DNA from: Oculina patagonica
Taxonomy: Eukaryota
DNA: 64,000 nt
NCBI RefSeq assembly: GCF_052425735.1
Contig: NC_135761.1
Location: 33,046,001-33,110,000 of the forward strand
Reading direction: 5' to 3'
The position numbers and the translations under genes are program-made. This document shows positions 1-12,608 of this stretch, piece after piece. Each line of letters opens with the position of its first letter. The stretch's first letter is position 1. The notes beneath the pieces are model-generated. The model was not told the DNA's origin. It saw only the letters and a program-made list of their open reading frames with translations, and made no database searches.

Positions 1-452
1 TTGGCAAGAAAAACTAATAACATAAAACTAACTTAGCCCTGACACAGTCCCTTTAACAGAGTATGTATAAAAGTGAACACAACACAGTATAAGATTTCAA
101 CGCTCAATACAGCCATTTAGTTAACATGAAACTAGTTTTTCCCTGGTTTTGTTACGTTGAAGGTAGTTTCTCAAGGCAGGTGGACTGCAAACGATTGTAG
201 AGTACAAGTCACCAACGGTTTTCATCAACAAGATTCCAAAATTAATAGCTGAGTGACAAAGGTAATGGATTAAACAAGTACTTTTGAACGGATAGAGTCT
301 GTGCATTGACACACTAGAGTTTGTGCATTGAGGGGAGTCACATTATGACGCCATGGGGGTATGAAGCAAGAGTTCAAGCTCTCCACTTTAAAGTTTATCA
401 ATTTTCGCATTTTTGATTAATGTCAACTGCCTAAGCTTGGTAGACGTTCTAC

Positions 453-621
453 ATGAATTTTAGAACAAGGTATCAAACCTTAAGAATGACCAGTACAGAT
501 GCCAATGCAGATTCGACTTGGATAAAGCTGGATACCGTCTTCGCTAAAATGGACGACCTACTGAAATCCAGAGACTTGCAAGAAACAAAACTAAACAGCA
601 TCCTGGAGAAACTGAATGAAA
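453..621 (+). pseudogene. 5' part of a decayed LINE ORF1-like coiled-coil reading frame; probably continues at 4458-4707
   Basis: MNFRTRYQ...KLNSILEKLNE joins in frame to MQSILIDTQTK...(frameshift)...LEERVNILEFEHD immediately after the poly(A) at 4448-4457; both halves look heptad/coiled-coil-like. Confidence 0.4.
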
Positions 622-1287
622 TTATTGTCTGCATAGCTGAAAACATACAATTTCATGCACGAATGGTAGGCAGAAAGCACTTGTACTTGATGTACCAGCA
701 GTACTTATTCTCTCTTTGAAGAAATATAGAAATTAAACTGTACAAACAGAAATCGCCTCTTTGGGACGTGAAAAATGAACTACCACAACAGGCAGAAACA
801 AAGTCTGGCAATATCAGGAAATTGAGAAAGAGATGGGTATGAAAAAGGATAAAATTGTGCAGAAGTAAACCAAGCTCACTATATCAATACTTACTTTATA
901 TTTTGGACAATCATTGTCCCACCAGGAATTTATCTACACCATATGGTAAATATTACAATTCTCAATTACAAAACAACAACTTCCAATGAATAACTTTCCA
1001 TGTGAATAGCTGCACTTTAAACTTAATTGGATTTTGAACTTGTCTTTTAGATTATATCTCGCCAACACTCTTAAGAGGTAACCTTGCTGCCTGGATTACG
1101 TTAAGAAGACTAGAAGGAGTTGCGGTATCCACCACTGTTGTCTGCTTAAAAGCCAAGGCCCTTGCCCAAAATAAATTAATTCCAGCTGACACTTTCAAGG
1201 CATCGCAAAGCTCTAACTCAAACTCCTGATAACTCAAACCATTTTCAATTTCCCTCGAGGGTTTGAGTTATCGGGAGTTGACTGTAC

Positions 1288-1545
1288 TAAAAAAAAATTG
1301 ATTGTGTTGTCAACAAGATGCTTTACATCAAGCAATTAACACCAAGTTTGAACGTGCAAACGGATTCAATCCGTGCTAAAGTATTTATAGCCACCACCAT
1401 TATGTAAATTAATAACTCTTTGAACCTCGAATTTAATTAACTTTTCTCAATCTACCCTTGGTAATGGCGTCATGATGTTGCCGAAACGTGGGACAATATT
1501 GTTTGTGTTTACCTGTTTGTGTACAACTAAATCACTGTTTATACT
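1288..1545 (+). mobile_element. Penelope-like element 3' fragment (GIY-YIG ORF C-terminus plus tail)
   Basis: Reads DCVVNKMLYIKQLTPSLNVQTDSIRAKVF, a typical PLE ORF end; followed by a degenerate hammerhead-like motif at 1455-1492. Confidence 0.7.
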
Positions 1546-1863
1546 AATAGCACACAAAACACAAAAATAACTAAAGCCATGACATGAATCACCCCAACAG
1601 CATAATCACCTAGGCTCACTTATACTCACTCCATCACTTGAAAAATCACTCCTGCACGTTTATCGTTCCTATGTTCTGTGCCCCCGCAGACTATACCCGG
1701 CCCAAAACGGGAATGATTTTTCTTAATTTTCCTTTAGTACGCCTGATTAAAGTACTATGAGTTCCTTGGTCAAGAAAATTACCAATTTCTTTGATTAATT
1801 TATTTAAAGGACTTGAGGGGAAAATGATTACAGTACCCATTACAAAGTGATAGCAAATATGGT

Positions 1864-2168
1864 GTACTAAGGCGTAAGGGGAAGCTACAATACTAAGAAT
1901 ATCAAGAATACTGCCGTACTAAGCATTATAACGCACAAAGGGAAGCTACAATACTAAGACATCAAGAATACTGCCGTACTAGGAGTACTAAGCGTACTAA
2001 GGCGTAAGGGGGAGCTACAATACTAAGAATATCAAGAACACTGCCGTACTAGGCGTACTAAGCATTATAACGCGCAAAGGGAAGCTACAATACTAAGACA
2101 TCAAGAATACTGTCGTACTAGGCGTACTAAGGCGCAAAGGGAAGCTACAATACTAAGACATCAAGAAT
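1864..2168. repeat. Minisatellite, ~5 copies of a 55-70 bp unit in alternating variants
   Basis: Core AAGGGAAGCTACAATACTAAGA(C/AT)ATCAAGAATACTGCCGTACTA is repeated with alternating spacers. Confidence 0.9.
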
Positions 2169-2483
2169 AATTTCGATTCTTCGGCGGTGTTTTGTGACTT
2201 GCGAAGAGATGGGCCAGACAAAGGCGGTTCGAAATGCGATTAACCGCACATTTTGATCCCAAGGCGGAGTGTTTTGGCAAGATGTTAAAGATAGCCAGCT
2301 TAGTGCATACTGGCTCAAAGTACTGGACGAGTATCTCAAACAACCTAAGGAGAACCAGAACAGAAGAAAAGCGGCTCGTCCACGCTTGGACCCTACTTTC
2401 TTGAGAAAGGTCGTTCGCTCATCAGCACAAAGTAGAAGTGCAGGTATGTATACAAGCTTATATATTTTCGCTTTTCTTTGCTC

Positions 2484-4457
2484 ATGGCATTAAGTTTATC
2501 CTGCATCGCGTTAAATGTCAGAGGATTAAACAATCCTCACAAAAGGAGGCAAGTTTTTCGATGGATACATGGGCGAAAGTTTCAAGAAGTCTTCCTCCAA
2601 GAAGTTTATAGTTCGCCAGATATACAAAGAATATGGTCCGCCGAATGGGGCGGTAAGGTGGTGTATTCCCATGGAACCAAACACAGTAGCGGTATTCTTG
2701 TCTTGTTCAATCCATCCCTCGATGTTGAGGTAGAAAATTATGAAATTGATCAGAAAGGTAGACTAATTATTTTGCGCGCTAAAATCGACGAATCCAGATT
2801 TATTTTTATCAATGTTTACGCTCCAAACGACCCGAAATGCAATTAGAATTTTTTGAAACTTTAAAGTTACGCCTACGGAAATATGATGATGAAAATATTA
2901 TAACAGGAGGTGACTTGAATTGTTGTTTAACACCCGAAGACAAAAGGGGTGGCCGACCCACGGAGGAAAAGAAACAAGTAATTTATTTATTTAAATTTCA
3001 ATTTTTTTATTTGTCGTCTTGGAGAAATTTGAATTGCTATTCACCTGGCATCGCAGCTCATCAGCAATTCAGTGTAGACTTGATTACTGGTTGGTGTCAA
3101 AACATTTGCTTCCACAGGTGTAAGATCTCCGGTCTGTTTTCATTCTGCCGTTTCTTTTACCATCCAGTCAAATGATTTCATTAAAAGAGGACCCGGCTTT
3201 TTCAAATTCAACAACTCACTTCTTAATGATCATTGTTTTGTGGAGGAGTTGAATAAAAAAATTCCCGAGTTCAAAGAAAAATACAGCTATTTGGAGGATA
3301 AAAGGCTCTAGCCTATTGGGACATGTTAAAAATGGAAATCAGAAGTTTTACAATATGCTACTGTAAACAAAACGCCAAAAAGACAAAGGACGAAGAGGCC
3401 TTGTTACAGCCACAACTCTCCTTACTCCACAAGCTAATGAGCAAAAATCCTGCACAAGAGACTTTAGCAAAATTCTATGAGGAAGCGTTTATCAGCGATC
3501 CAGAAAATGAATTGGTTTGTACGGAGCAGTCAACACAACCAATAATCAACAGTTCATTCTGGACTTGCCAACAAGCACGTTTATTTTACGTCTCCAAAGC
3601 GTTCCAAAAACCTACAGCAGAATATCGTCTAATCAAGGCCGGTTTTAGTAATCAGAACATCTCTGCGGTATATCTACTTCCATTTAAAGTCACAAAAAAT
3701 ATAAAACTTTCGATGTTTCAATTCAAAATAAACCACCATATCCTTTACACTCGTGATAAACTTTTTAGAGCTAAAATTACTGACGATGATGAATGTCAAT
3801 TGTGTGAAACAAGACAAACGCTACAGCATTTGCTTGCAGCATGTCCAAATTTTCTGGAACCTCTTTACCTCTTGGTGGAACTCTTGCAACTCACCCAAGG
3901 TGGCTCTGACCAACAAAGATAAAATATATGCATATCACCCCGAGGAACGATCTTTCCACGTGCTCAATTTTTGCCTGATTGTAGCTGGATACTACATCTA
4001 CACAGCAGCCAAAGAAAGTGAATCCTTTAGCTTACTAGCATTCAAAATCGTGCTAAAAAACAAATTGTCTACGGAACCGTCCGGCATTCGAGCATCTGTG
4101 AGCTTTTAGATAATTAAAACTGTATGGGGTATTAAGCATAATATTTATATAGTACTACTAGAAGAATAAATAATAGACAATTAAAAATATATACAGTTAG
4201 TATTAAGATCTAATTATATTAGTAAAAACTGAATTTTGTAAGCACACTGTAACCTTAACCTTTGTAAGAATGTTATTTGTTATAGTAGGCATTGTAATGC
4301 GTGATATCGTGATATTACTATTTAAAAAGAAATGTTCATAAAAGTAGTGAAGAAACAATGTAATAAGTAATGTATTGTAAGTAACATTGTAAGTAGTGTA
4401 TGTATTTGTGTTGTAAGTAGTGTTCTTTGTGTTGCAAAATTAAATTTAAAAAAAAAA
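2484..4457 (+). mobile_element. Internally deleted, frameshifted L1/Tx1-clade non-LTR retrotransposon (APE endonuclease plus C-terminal zinc finger, no RT) with AT-rich 3'UTR and poly(A)
   Basis: LNVRGLNN, FLQE, NVYAPND, GGDLN, RLDYWLVS, RGPGFFKFNNSLL (endonuclease region), then directly FQFKINHHILYTRDKL...CQLC...QHLL (zf-RVT-like); A-tract at 4448-4457. Confidence 0.88.
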
Positions 4458-6145
4458 TGCAGTCAATCTTGATAGATACCCAGACCAAAGTTGGAAAATC
4501 TTAGCCGACAATGCCACCTTAACAAAGGATATCGAGGAGGTTAAAAGCTTATTGCAGCAAAAGGATGAAGAAATAACCACCTTGTACACAGCAGTTACAA
4601 ACCTCTCAATTCAGTCTAACTATACAATGGGTCAAATAGAGCAACAACAAATTTACATCCAGGGACTTGAAGAAAGGGTGAACATTTTGGAATTCGAGCA
4701 CGACTAAGTTATTTTTTATTACTAAGGAAGCTTACTAGAGTGTGCAGTTGTTTACTTTGCCGCCCTACGGTCTTAACAAAAGGCAGGAATTCCATTCAAA
4801 AAACCGAATCCATTACAATGGAGACCTAAATTTACATCATACCTCATTATGTGGGGTTAAAATGAATTTGGGCGTTCAAAAATCCCGTTGTGGGATCCTG
4901 TTATTTCTCTTGCTTTTCAGCATTCAAAGGCTCCGGTCTGGAAATTTCTTATTATTATTTAAGGGCCCCAGTCAGGGAATTTGTTATGACTTGTTTTTGG
5001 CCGAGTTTATTCAGGGGCCTGCAGCAAGGAGTTTGTTACGCCTGAGTTGATTTTTCCACCATTAATTCTTGATTTTCATTTTGCTTTTCCGACTGCATTG
5101 TGCTTTATGATTTAATTAAACATATGAAAATCTTTGGTGTTTCGACCTTATTTTTCTGTCACAATTCATTGCGTTTGTTAGTATTACACACTGTACCTCA
5201 TTATTGATCTCAATGGTTTACGATGTAAATATTTTGTGTTTTTAAATGTAATTAGACTGTTTTTTTGTTTTGTTTCACAAACATTTCTTTTAGTATGTAA
5301 CACTATTTTGTAATTAGGGAAGCATTCATATTAATTTTTTAACAGTTTTATATTTGATGCTGTAAACTTATGTAATCACCGAAGGATTTTGCATCAAAAT
5401 GTATTTAAGAACCATTGCATTTAATCCATGCGCTGTAAACTGATGAAAGTCGTACAACTGACACGTTTTTAGTACAATTTTTATGTCATATTAGCCAGAA
5501 GATGTCCATCCTTGGATTTACTCTTTAATTTCTATTATTACCAATGCCAAGGTTTGGACTGCGAATCTCTTTGGGATCCTGCTGGCATTGGTCATGAATT
5601 AGTTCATTTTATAAACGTTGAAAGAACAGGAAGAGTAACAGATGTACAAGAAGAAGGGCAAAGATTTAGAAAAAGTTATTGAACATCAAAACTAAATCCC
5701 AAGTACCGTAGTTATTCGGTTATAAGGCGCACTCGGTTATAAGACGCACCCCAAACTAGGCAACATTGTTATGCTAAGTTTACAAACTGAAAATTCTCCA
5801 AAAACACTCGGTCATAAGACGCACCATGAGTTGGAGAGTTGAAAAGATGTAGTGATCAATTTAAAGTGTCTATCCAGCCTACAGGTTTTTTGTGGTTTTC
5901 GTATCTCTATAATGCATAAACAAGTTTTCTAAAAGAAATTTTTGGATTCCGCCACTTTTTCGCTGCAAAATCGAGCTTTAAAGTTCCCGTTTCGGCCACG
6001 CCCAAAGAAGTTGACCGGGAGTCAAGACCAGAAAGAGTCTGGGTTCCAGACCGGCTGTGACGTCAGGTCAGGAACCGCGAAATCTTGCCGCCATTTGAAG
6101 TCAGCATTTCTTCTGTAATAGCGAGGAGATACTGACGGTAGAAAT

Positions 6146-6408
6146 ATACCAGATAGATGCGTTGTTGCGGTATGCTTGAATACTCCAAACGAAGAAAAGG
6201 GTACTGCGCTGCATTTTGGCGTGATATGAGAACAGAAGCAAGGGCTAGAATGCTAGAAGGAAAAAAGAAGATGGACTTCGTCAAGTTAAAACGTGCAAAG
6301 TGGAATCTGAGTGCTTCGTCTGCCGTCTGTGCTTGCTACTTCGCTCCCAGGGATATTACAAGAAGACATTCCTTTGAAAATCTTCAATGCCAACGGTCGC
6401 TGATCTAA
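6146..6408 (+). pseudogene. Degenerate THAP zinc-finger (N-terminus of the Kolobok-like transposase)
   Basis: PDRCVVAVCLNTPNEEKGTALH, frameshifted to ...DFVKLKRAKWNLSASSAVCACYFAPRDITRR; fits the THAP CxxxxC...W...VCSxHF pattern with substitutions. Confidence 0.65.
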
Positions 6409-7552
6409 GATGATATTGGCATTGTTCCTGTGCCAAGATTTCACCGGAATACTTAACTTTGTCCAGTCGAAGTCGTCATCGGGTATTCATTACTCATTAT
6501 TCATTTGATTGAGTGTCTGTTCTCGAACGACAAGACATGCGTCTCGCTAGACGCCTAAAAAACTACAAGTAAACGTCGCCAACTTCCCAAGAGATTTTTA
6601 TTGCCTATTGTCAACCATCGTGTAGAAATAATAAGCGAGCAAGCGTCGCCAAGCAAAGATAACATGTAGCTGAAGCGACGTTCGATTTGTCGACCAGTCA
6701 AGGTAAAGCGAATTATTTCTCCCTCGAATATCGCTTGATTTTCTATTTCTGTTTCTTGTAGTTCTTGTTCATAAAGTCTTATTAAAATGTGATCTTTATA
6801 ATCGAAGTCACTGCGCTCGTACGTAGCTGTTCAGGGTTTCAACTCCCATACATGTAAAGTTATAATTTTATCGATCGGTCTCTGCAAGCGCTATTGTTTG
6901 TTTAAAGTGCGTACAATGATAAGTTTATCAAAGCTTTCACAGCCTAAAGTAAGCATTGTCACAATGAAAAGAAAAGTTTTTCTAAGTTATAAAAGTTAAA
7001 ATCGATAGGTTAATCTTTTTTGAGACAATCAGTCGCACTTATCGTAAGCGCGTGTTGTCGGCATTTCTAAACGCGTGAAAAGTCGCTTGTATTTTTATTA
7101 GGCTGTAACAAGAAGGACTAAAGTAGCTCGTATTTTAATAAGCTGTTATAGAAGGGACTAATAAAAGTAATAAACAGGTTTATTAATATCAATCTTTTGC
7201 ATATCAACTAAGGGCACATTTATTTGCAACATACGCAAATCTACCGGCGCGACAAGTTTCGATTCAAAACAAACAAGCATACCACTTTCAAGTCAATGCG
7301 TTGTGTGCGTGTCAAGGGCAATTTTCGGGAATAATAGTGCTTACAGTCTATTCGTTATATTGTTTTCATTTTCGTTTCACATCTGTAATGAAAATTAAAA
7401 GGTGTACAGCCTGAGAATGCAGATCGATTTCCGTCCGTCGTTGTAGGTTTCGCGACGCGTCAAGTTTCCATTCAAAGCTTTCTGGAGTGAATTTGCGTAC
7501 AAAATGCAAATTTAACGCGCGGAGTGAGTGTTAGGAAAAAGTATCTATATAC

Positions 7553-7827
7553 CGGTATGTGTCTAATTCCACTCTGTTAAGCTGGTTTTGTAATTTTCGT
7601 TCCCTCTCTTCAATAAGTTGCTTCTCTCGATTATATTCTTCTATCCATGCATCGTCCGTTAGAGGTTCTTGAGAGTAAGCGCCTTCTTCTTTGTTACTCT
7701 TATCTTCTACTGCAGTGCAAGCGAACGATTCGAGTTCTCCGGACTCGATCTCTTCGTTCGAATCAGATGAACAGCTAGTCACGTCTTCTTCAGATAAGAA
7801 ATCGCTGTCTTGTGAGTATCAGTCCAT
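7553..7827 (-). pseudogene. Acidic N-terminal exon of a putative second Kolobok ORF (KolX-like)
   Basis: ATG at 7827 followed by an in-frame stop, then an acidic tract and AYSQEPLTDDAWIEEYNREKQ..ERERKLQ; convergent with the THAP remnant inside the same TIRs. Confidence 0.4.
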
Positions 7828-8703
7828 CCAAACTCGAAGAATTCTTGGGAAAAAACAAACTTTATGTAATGGTTGTCAAGCAAATAAACAACTGCAAACG
7901 CTTCGAGCGGTTCCTGATATGACGTCACTCATCACCAATCCTCGATCACGCGGTCAACTTCTTTGGGCGTGGCCGAAGCGGGAACTTTAAAGCTCGATTT
8001 TACAGCGAAAAAGTGGAGGAATCCAAAAATTTCTTTTAGAATACTTGTTTATGCATTAAAGAGATACGAAAACCACAAAAAAACCTGTAGGCTGGATAGA
8101 CACTTTAAGGACAGCTTTTTCTTACAAAATTTGAATGTTTGAATGTTGTTCATACTCCTTGGCACAATCTCCGCGTAAAAAGCTAACATTTCCTGCTAAA
8201 AAATACGTAAATCCACTTGAGCTGAACATTCCATCGTTCATGCTTCGAACTTAGCTGCTGAGTAACCTGGCAGATGTGTAGTTACCAGTGACACTGAGTT
8301 TGTAGCTCGGTTACCAAGTCCTCAAGCATGCTTCGTATCGCCACGAACTTTGTTTATCGAGTGTTTTTCAAAGATTCTCAAGCTTTTTTGGTGTTTTCCT
8401 TGTCTTCTAAAGTCAATTTCCACTTTCCACGCTTAGAAAGGTTTGTTTCAAATGAGTATGCTTGGTTTTCTTTGTCTAATTTCAACAAAATGCTGGCATA
8501 TACAGGCATATATATATAAAACTTTGCGTTTAAACTAAATGTTTCTTATATCTTTAATACTGTTAAAGTCAATAAACTATGGCGTACGATCCCCGCCAAA
8601 ATTCATTGTTTGGATTTTAACTTCATCATTTAAATTTTCAACTTCAACAATTGAATTTTATATATCGATTCAAAATTTTACACCCTTCTTTCAGATTTCA
8701 CAT

Positions 8704-8835
8704 GGTTTACGGTCGTTTCGAGACAAAGTCTTTTCGAGACAAGTCGTTTCGAGACAAGTCGAGGTCGATTCGAGACACAAGTAAAGTCGTTTCGAGACAA
8801 ACTCAGACACATGTAAAGTCCATTCGAGACAAACT
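8704..8835 (+). repeat. Clustered TTCGAGACA motifs, probably the orphan left end of a MULE-like element
   Basis: GGTTTACGGTCGTTTCGAGACA followed by ~5 more TTCGAGACA copies, starting right where the IS3EU TIR match ends; no matching right end found. Confidence 0.5.
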
Positions 8836-11800
8836 GAAATTGCTTCGATTTAGAAGTAAACCCCCAAAAAGATCAGTATATTTTAGTGTTTCAGTTTGCG
8901 CATAAGCGACTCGATCGATCGATGTAAATAATACCCAGTGCTCCCGCGACACAATCGAATTGTAATACCCAGGTTTCCCGCGACTCAACCGATCGGTCGA
9001 CCGATCTTGTTTTATTTCGTTGCAACACGATCTCCTGGTCAAATTCACGATAATCCTTAATTGTGACATGCGTCCAAATGGACTATAATCCTTAATTTTC
9101 AAATGACCGTGATGTCCTGGACTTTAAATCTGAGCAGCCGCGCATGAATTTACATACCGCGAGCGATCCAACACGCTGAACACGATCGAGCTATCCGTTT
9201 CATTTTTTTCCTGTTCCATCAATTTTCTTTTTTGATATCATGGCATCAAATTCAGAAGGTAAGAAGTTAACAATGTAGAATGCAAATTAATTGTTTTGAA
9301 TATTCATATGAAGTGCGATATTATTAGCTTTTCAGATGCAAATTACGGGTTATAAATATTTAAAACAATGCAGCCATGCATAAATTGCAATACTGTATGC
9401 AGTCATAGCGGGTTCTAAATGGCGTGCACTGATTACTCTAAAGTTCAATCATAATGCATTTTTAGAATGCATTCCGAAATCTGTGTGTAGACATCGCTTC
9501 CTGCTGGTCTTAGAATGCATTCTGAAATCTGCTAGTCTGCATGGGTTATTTGTGCTTTTTATATTTTAATCTTGTAATGTATTTACGTATTTTAGCTTAT
9601 GCTATTAAAAACGGAAATTTTGAGCAGTTTTTTTTACACAGTTTTAGTTTAACAGTTCACGTGGTAGACCAGTATATAAGCCTCATTTGTGATGTGTTTT
9701 ATTATAAATGTAGAAAATGAGGCTCTTTAGTGTTAAGTCCTGCATTTAAGCTGCAAATCCTTTTTTTTTACCTGTATCTTTTTACAGACCTCTTCTCAGT
9801 GTATAAACCGATAATGTTTAACCTTGTAGCGTTTCTGCATGGCATATTAGTACAGCATAGTAGGTCATAAAAACTGAAGTTGAATTAAGATATTTCACCA
9901 TGTGCTATTTTTATTGCCCATGCATGCAGTGATCCTTGTATTTTCGGTTGATAGAGCTTGTTTGTCCATTTACAGATAGACCTACACAAGTCCTATAGTT
10001 AGCCAATATATGACTGATATATCGGTCGACAATTAGTCTATATAGATACATTGACTTTAACTATAAATAAAATTATTGCTATACGAGCCATCATGCGAGC
10101 AGCAGACTAATTCCGCAAGCTGCATTCATTTTCCATTTTAATTGTATCGACTGCATTGACCATTAACACAATTCTATGAAGGCAGCACTGACAAGATTTT
10201 TGTTGGTGCATAATTCACTGACTGTTAACGGTCATATATTGGTGAACAATTGCATTTCCAACTATCGACTATTTTAGGTGTTTGCCAATATTTCAACCAT
10301 CTATTTACTGAATTTTTATCGAGTTTCAACCATGCCTTGGTTGCTATGTAGGGGGTATGAAACCAGTTAATTTTGTTTTTCAAAATCACGAGGTATGCAG
10401 TAGATCTTGTAGGTCCTTTACATATATGCTATACTCACTACTGTAATGTATATGGATTATTGGCCAAGCTTGTTCTGTCAAGATGGCGGGATATTGGCCA
10501 ATTTCTTTCCGGCCTGCCTCGGTCCATAAACACCCAAAAAAGAATGAGGCCAATATTCTGCCATCTTGACCAAACAAGCTTGGTCAATAAAGGATTTATC
10601 ATATGGCTTTTCTGTTGATTCTGGGAACGTGGGTAACAGGTAATCCAGAGCGGGCAAGATCGCTTCATCTTGACCATGCATGCGGGTATAGTCAATCAGA
10701 GTGCATGATTTGCTTTATTTCTCCCGCATGCAGTGCCAACCATAATAATAAAAACCTTTCTTGACAGTGTTGCTGATGCTATGTATAAGATTGCTGGGAT
10801 GCTTGCTCTTGAAACCTGGCTGCATGTCTGGAACACCTGAATTCTAACTCCATGCTCACAATTAAATTAAAGTTTGTCATGCAATTCAAATTGTGAGGAT
10901 ATTGCCATGCTCATCTGAACACTGTGCTCATGCTCTAGCATTCTAATGCAATGTATTTATTCAATATCCAAAATGCCAAATTAAAGTGTACAAACAAACT
11001 GCTAAACTCAACAACGCAACAGGCTATAAACCGATAGACTATAGCTTAGTTTTACATTTGCAGTTTTTACATTTTGAGGCAAATAAAACTGCAATCAGAG
11101 AACTCACAAAGAACAGTACTTAAAAAAGGCAAAACCAGGTCTTGCAGATTATTAATTCTCTCTATAATCCTGGATGGTAAATTATGTGAGAGATGCAATA
11201 ACCTTTGTGAAACTCAGTGCCTTTCTTTTGCATTTTTAATTACAAAGTCTTCACGAAACAATGCATAAGGTACTCAAAATGCAATCTCAGTGAGAAGATG
11301 CATTGGAGGGAACTATAGCTTAAGTAAACAATACTTGACAAAAATAATGTAAAAAATAATGTATATTTTCCTAAATTGTTCTCTTGTTACATTCGTCTCA
11401 GTATATTAGGGGCAGTTTTTCTAGCTATTATATAATTGAAATGTATGTTTAAATTATGCCTTAAATGTATGTTAACTTTTCAGAGCACAATGTTCAAGGA
11501 AGGCAAAGTTCCAAGAAACTAAACCAGAAGGTTTGATGTAGTTTGCATTGCTTTATTGTTCCAGAAAATATCCATACTCCCCCTGAGGAGTTTTGGTTTC
11601 TACCCCCACCTCCTGTGGAAATTCCAATATCCCTCTTCAGGTGGGTATGGAAATTTTCCGGAACCACACATTATGTTTTAATGCAAATTAACATGACATG
11701 GGTTATTTAACCAACTTATTCATTCAATGAAAATAGTTAAATTGATTGAAGTAAATATAAAATAATCTCCTCCTTCAGAAATCCCCAGACAGGCAGTATT

Positions 11801-12469
11801 CCTCTACCAGTTATTGGGCAGTTATTAAAGGGTGTTGTGTACAACAACAAGAATGCAATACTTCTTGGAAAAGGCACTTATTCATAAGAAATATATTTTT
11901 TATAATTAAATAAAACTAATAATTATTCACTAATTATTATTAACAAATGCCTTTTCAATAACTATTGTTAATAACATTTTCAACAGGCTTTGTCTTTCAT
12001 TTTTTATATGCATTTCCATTGCAACCAGGTCTCATGTAAATGTAAAATACAATTAATAGGCATGCACTTTATGGATATGGCTTACACGGTGTGTATTTTA
12101 TTTTGGTAATTGATCAGCTATCACCATTAAGACAAATATATGCATGTTAAAAGCCTAATTAGTTTGATTTACAGTGAATAATTTATAACTTCCTTTTATT
12201 TTCTCTGATTATTTTATTTCAGAAATGTGATTCATGTGAGGCATATAATCCCAATGCCACCAAGCAGTGCAAAGGATGTGGTGCTCAAATCAAAATAAGA
12301 GCTTTTGATTGGGCAAAATTAAAAACCAAAAAGAAGACAAATCCAACAAACCAACGAAAGATGCTGCAGTACCGGGTGATTTTTTAATTACTTAATTAAC
12401 TTACCAAAGAACACTTTATACCTGCCGGGTCTTTGATGTGAATGTAAACAAAACAATAATTATTATCAT

Positions 12470-12608
12470 TGTGTGGCTCCAGAAAATATCCATACCCACC
12501 CCACAGAGGGTCACGTATGAAGCTAAACTGGAATTTTCAGAGGGGGGTGGGGGTACAAACCAAAAGACCTTCTGTTGGGGGAGTATGGATATTTTCTGAA
12601 ACAACACA
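12470..12608. mobile_element. Short MITE-like repeat in an intron (related decayed copy ~11556-11670)
   Basis: Inverted ends TGTGTGGCTCCAGAAAATATCCATAC ... GTATGGATATTTTCTGAAACAACACA. Confidence 0.65.

Larger units (their letters stand above)
5865..8104. mobile_element. Kolobok-like non-autonomous DNA transposon
   Basis: TTAA at 5861-5864 and 8105-8108; AG...CT termini; ~150-bp imperfect TIRs (5865-~6017 and ~7951-8104); internal THAP remnant. Confidence 0.8.

Noticed and set aside
1455-1492. Functional hammerhead in the first Penelope fragment
   Set aside because: Core reads TTGGTAA rather than CTGANGA and helix II is mismatched
1864-2168. CRISPR-like repeat-spacer pattern
   Set aside because: The spacers are themselves repeated variants; this is a minisatellite
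8539-8784. Duplicated protein YGVRSPPKFIVWIL... (also ORF 21471-21743, minus strand)
   Set aside because: Chance translation of the two TIRs, not a gene
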